This document shows, one piece after another, positions 34,551 to 37,371 of a stretch of DNA of 37,371 nucleotides (within the stretch, counting starts at the first letter, position 1; every line of letters begins with the position of its first letter). Both the position numbers and the translations under genes were made by a program. Source of the DNA: Gemmatimonadota bacterium. GTDB lineage: Bacteria; Gemmatimonadota; Gemmatimonadetes; JACCXV01; JAHWKZ01. The stretch spans positions 1 to 37,371 of the forward strand of contig JBDHED010000002.1 of NCBI GenBank assembly GCA_039591175.1. The letters are read 5' to 3'. The notes under the pieces are model-generated. The model was not told the DNA's origin. It did not search any database and was given only the letters and a program-made list of their open reading frames with translations.

Positions 34551-37371
34551 ATGAGTCTGACTGCTCCCCCGACCCGCTGTGCGACCCGCCTGATCTGGGG
34601 CGCCGCCCTGTCTGTAGTGGCCGTCAGCCCACTGTCCGCGCAGCAAGAGCAACGAGCCCCTAGTCTCGTCTGGCAAGCAGAGCGCTGGCAGACCAGTGTC
34701 GCCGGCCTCCCAGCGGACACCCTGCTGGAGTTTGATCCCCGGCTGGGTTCTGTCGTACCGCGCCGAGCCGACGCGGCTTCGGGCGGAGTGCGTCGTCCGG
34801 CCGCTGCGGGCTTCGGCCTTGACGCGTACACACGACGTGTCGAGGCCCGTATGCGTAAAGAGCTATGGGCGAGCATCGTGGTCGGTCGGCTTTCCGGCAG
34901 GTCACAAGCCGCCGAAGGCTTGATACCCGAGCTGGAGAACCCGCTCAGGGTTCCGGCCCCGTTAGCGGCTGTATTTGGCGAGGGGTCGGTGTTCGATGTG
35001 CAGGGCAAGCTGCACATCGGTGCGCTCGGATCGCGCAGTACTCAGGACCCGGATATCCGTCCCGAGCTCCTCAGACGAGCGGCAGGCGGCTTCGACCTCG
35101 ATCTGGATCAAACCCTTGATCTCAAGATCCTGGGAACCGTCGGAACAAAGCTCGACGTTGCGGTCGACTTCAACTCACAGCGTGAGCTGGAGTCCAAGCA
35201 GCTGATCTCGCTCGCGTACGCGGGCACGGATGATGAGATCCTGAAACAGGTCGAAGTCGGAAACATCCGGGTTGCGCTGCCCCCCTCTCGGTTCTTGGGT
35301 AGTGGCGTAGCGCAGGGCACGTTTGGTGCTCAAGCGGTGGCCCAGCTCGGTCCCGTCGATCTGCGAATCCTGGGTTCTAGCAAGCAGGGCCAGACGACCA
35401 CGCGCTCGCTCTCGATCGAACCGAGTGGAGATGGCGTGCTGTCCGAAGTAACCCTCGACATCAAGGACACGCAGTTTCAAAATGACCGTTTCTTTCTCCT
35501 GTTTCATCCTGACTCTCTGGCGCCTGGTCGGATTCTGTATCCGAGCTCCGGCACGTCCCTACTGGACCCCACGTCGCTGCCCGAACCGGGGACTCTCAAC
35601 GTGTGGCTCGATGACGGGAACTTCACCAACAACCGTGAGCTGGCGTCAAAAGCCGGAACTGCGGTTATCAATCCCACGCTTCCCGACACGCTTCCCGGCG
35701 AGACGCATGCGGGGTTTTTCGACTTGCTGATCGAGGGGACGGACTATGTGATCTCGGACGGTGTCATCATCCAGATGCGCCGGCAGCTCAACGATAGCGA
35801 GGTCCTCGCCGTTGCTTACGTGACAACAGGCGAGACAGAAGTGGGGACACCGCAAGAGGCCGAAGATCAAACCCTCAAGCTGATCAAGCCGATCAATCCT
35901 GATACGCTGGACTTTACATGGGGTTACACGCTCAGAAACGCCTACTCATTGCGAGAGCCAAACATCCAGCTGGGTTCCCTCGAATTGACGATCTACCGCG
36001 GCACCCAAGATCTCAAGGAAACGTTTGAGACGATCGACGGTGAATCACGCAAATACTCAGAGATCTTTGGTGTAACCGATGTGAATGAACGTGTGAGCGT
36101 GCCACGGGTCCTGCGCGATCCCTTTGGTGGTCCGGATTATCTCGTGCTGCCCAATATCCGACCGTTCTTCGAGCCAACCGATGAAATCGGTACACCGATT
36201 CTGATCGAACGTCCAAACCGACAGCTCTACTTCAACAGCGATCCCAATCGGACGGCGCTGGACGATCAGGTCTACTTCATAGAAGCGACCTACCTCTCCA
36301 GCGGCGGCTTGACTGGCGAGATCGAGCTCGGAGCGGCCAATCTGATCGACGGCTCGGAGCGAATCACAATCGGCGGAGAAGTGCTGACGCGCGGGGAAGA
36401 CTACCAGATCTTCTACGATTTCGGACGCGTTGTGTTGACTGATCCCGCTGGGCTCGCGGAGCAATATCCGAACGACCGGCTAGACATCAACTTCGAGGTC
36501 GCTCCGCTTTTCAACTTGGCGCCAACAACGTTGTACGGCGCGGCGGGGTCGTACGCGCCCGCTCCCAACGTGACTATCAACTCGACCCTAATGGTGCAGA
36601 ATCAGGAGAGCTTAGCCAATCGACCTATCCTCGGAGCCGAGCCGTTCCAAACGGTGATCGGGGCGGTGGACGGTGTTTACACCGGCAGGATGCCGTTCAT
36701 GAGCCGTTGGCTCGATGGGTTGCCGGGCGTTGATGGGGGACGAGCGTCGACGTTTACTCTGCGTGGCGAACTCGCCTGGAGCAACCCTAACCCAAACACC
36801 GACGGCGAAGTCTTCTTGAACGATTTCGAGAACATCGAGATTGCCAAACGGCTGAATCTTTTCTTCCGAGCATGGAGCTTCGCATCCATACCGAGCGAAA
36901 CAACGCTGAGCCTCGCACAGTATGCGAACGCCCGGTGGTTCACCTTTGCTATCGACCAGCAGCAGGTCACGGGCACAGTGCGCGGTATTGACATCGGTGA
37001 CAGCGAGTTCGTCGTGATCCTGGAGCCACGCGGTGACACACCAGGCGAACGGGCCGCTTCCTGGCGTTCGATTCAGACGCTCGTATCCACGACTGGCGAG
37101 GACCTAACGCGACAGGAGTTCGTCGAGTTCTTTTTGCGAGGAAACCGGGGCACGATGATCGTCGATTTGGGCACGATCGACGAAGATGCGGTTCGCATCG
37201 ACCGGAACGGGGCTCCGGTGGGGATCAGTGTCTTGGACACCGAGGAAACCGACCCCAACACCCGGGACAACAACCTGGACATCGATGAGGACGTTGGTTT
37301 GGACGGGATCGATGGCAATGACTTTATCGATGTTGTTGGTGACGATGGCACCGATGACTTCGATGAGACCT
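34551..37371 (+). CDS. sprA: Cell-surface protein SprA, T9SS translocon (5' partial; continues beyond the window)
   Basis: My own translation finds no stop from ATG 34551 to the window end (940 codons). The ORF is absent from the supplied track because it has no stop. Signal peptide ..VVAVSPLSA|QQ. SprA-like blocks: VDFNSQRELESKQLISLAYAGTDDEILKQVEVGNIRVALPPSRFL.G...G.FG, ILGSSKQGQ and QNDRFFLL. Confidence 0.75.
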   Translation, partial: MSLTAPPTRCATRLIWGAALSVVAVSPLSAQQEQRAPSLVWQAERWQTSVAGLPADTLLEFDPRLGSVVPRRADAASGGVRRPAAAGFGLDAYTRRVEARMRKELWASIVVGRLSGRSQAAEGLIPELENPLRVPAPLAAVFGEGSVFDVQGKLHIGALGSRSTQDPDIRPELLRRAAGGFDLDLDQTLDLKILGTVGTKLDVAVDFNSQRELESKQLISLAYAGTDDEILKQVEVGNIRVALPPSRFLGSGVAQGTFGAQAVAQLGPVDLRILGSSKQGQTTTRSLSIEPSGDGVLSEVTLDIKDTQFQNDRFFLLFHPDSLAPGRILYPSSGTSLLDPTSLPEPGTLNVWLDDGNFTNNRELASKAGTAVINPTLPDTLPGETHAGFFDLLIEGTDYVISDGVIIQMRRQLNDSEVLAVAYVTTGETEVGTPQEAEDQTLKLIKPINPDTLDFTWGYTLRNAYSLREPNIQLGSLELTIYRGTQDLKETFETIDGESRKYSEIFGVTDVNERVSVPRVLRDPFGGPDYLVLPNIRPFFEPTDEIGTPILIERPNRQLYFNSDPNRTALDDQVYFIEATYLSSGGLTGEIELGAANLIDGSERITIGGEVLTRGEDYQIFYDFGRVVLTDPAGLAEQYPNDRLDINFEVAPLFNLAPTTLYGAAGSYAPAPNVTINSTLMVQNQESLANRPILGAEPFQTVIGAVDGVYTGRMPFMSRWLDGLPGVDGGRASTFTLRGELAWSNPNPNTDGEVFLNDFENIEIAKRLNLFFRAWSFASIPSETTLSLAQYANARWFTFAIDQQQVTGTVRGIDIGDSEFVVILEPRGDTPGERAASWRSIQTLVSTTGEDLTRQEFVEFFLRGNRGTMIVDLGTIDEDAVRIDRNGAPVGISVLDTEETDPNTRDNNLDIDEDVGLDGIDGNDFIDVVGDDGTDDFDET

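Noticed and set aside
34484-35017. 177-aa minus-strand ORF and other short ORFs in 34484-37351
   Set aside because: All are embedded in the uninterrupted plus-strand SprA-like frame, which has a signal peptide and conserved blocks.
1-37371. CRISPR arrays, transposases, integrases, phage genes, toxin-antitoxin pairs and known defence systems
   Set aside because: I looked for direct-repeat/spacer periodicity, terminal inverted repeats and characteristic motifs on both strands and found none. The only repetitive DNA is the intragenic repeat at about 11100-11300.

Overview
High-GC (about 60-65% by eye), gene-dense chromosomal window from a Gram-negative (diderm) bacterium. LptF/LptG sit next to an SprA-like type IX secretion translocon, which suggests the FCB-related high-GC lineages (Gemmatimonadota or Rhodothermota-like); this is an inference only. 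I call about 37 protein-coding genes. I see no rRNA, tRNA, CRISPR array, transposase, integrase or prophage remnant, so the window looks like core genome rather than an accessory island. Recognisable content, in order: an FrcBCA-like sugar ABC importer, a TauE/SafE permease, an acidic lipoprotein, a tightly coupled six-gene operon (Tat-exported amidase to TrmH-family methyltransferase), DUF937, a GNAT, an AmgK/MurU-like cell-wall sugar recycling pair, Kbp/YgaU, lysine 6-aminotransferase, pyruvate phosphate dikinase, DUF362, a trans-3-hydroxyproline dehydratase-type enzyme, DPP-IV, MsrA, RecX, a Zn-ADH, Tag, AlaRS, LptG/LptF and the 5' 2.8 kb of sprA. The sprA ORF is missing from the supplied ORF track because it runs off the window end. 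Four items deserve a second look. (1) An AhpD/CMD-family gene has an in-frame TGA exactly at the second Cys of its CxxCxxxH motif, followed by a SECIS-like hairpin, so it is probably a selenoprotein that the ORF track splits in two. (2) An AmgK-type sugar kinase is fused to a RapZ C-terminal domain. (3) An orphan Hcp (T6SS tube) fold protein carries a Sec signal peptide. (4) A secreted protein is built from Asp/Arg/Glu repeats. I found no clear multi-gene novel system such as a defence island. All homology calls come from motif recognition by eye and have not been checked by any search.
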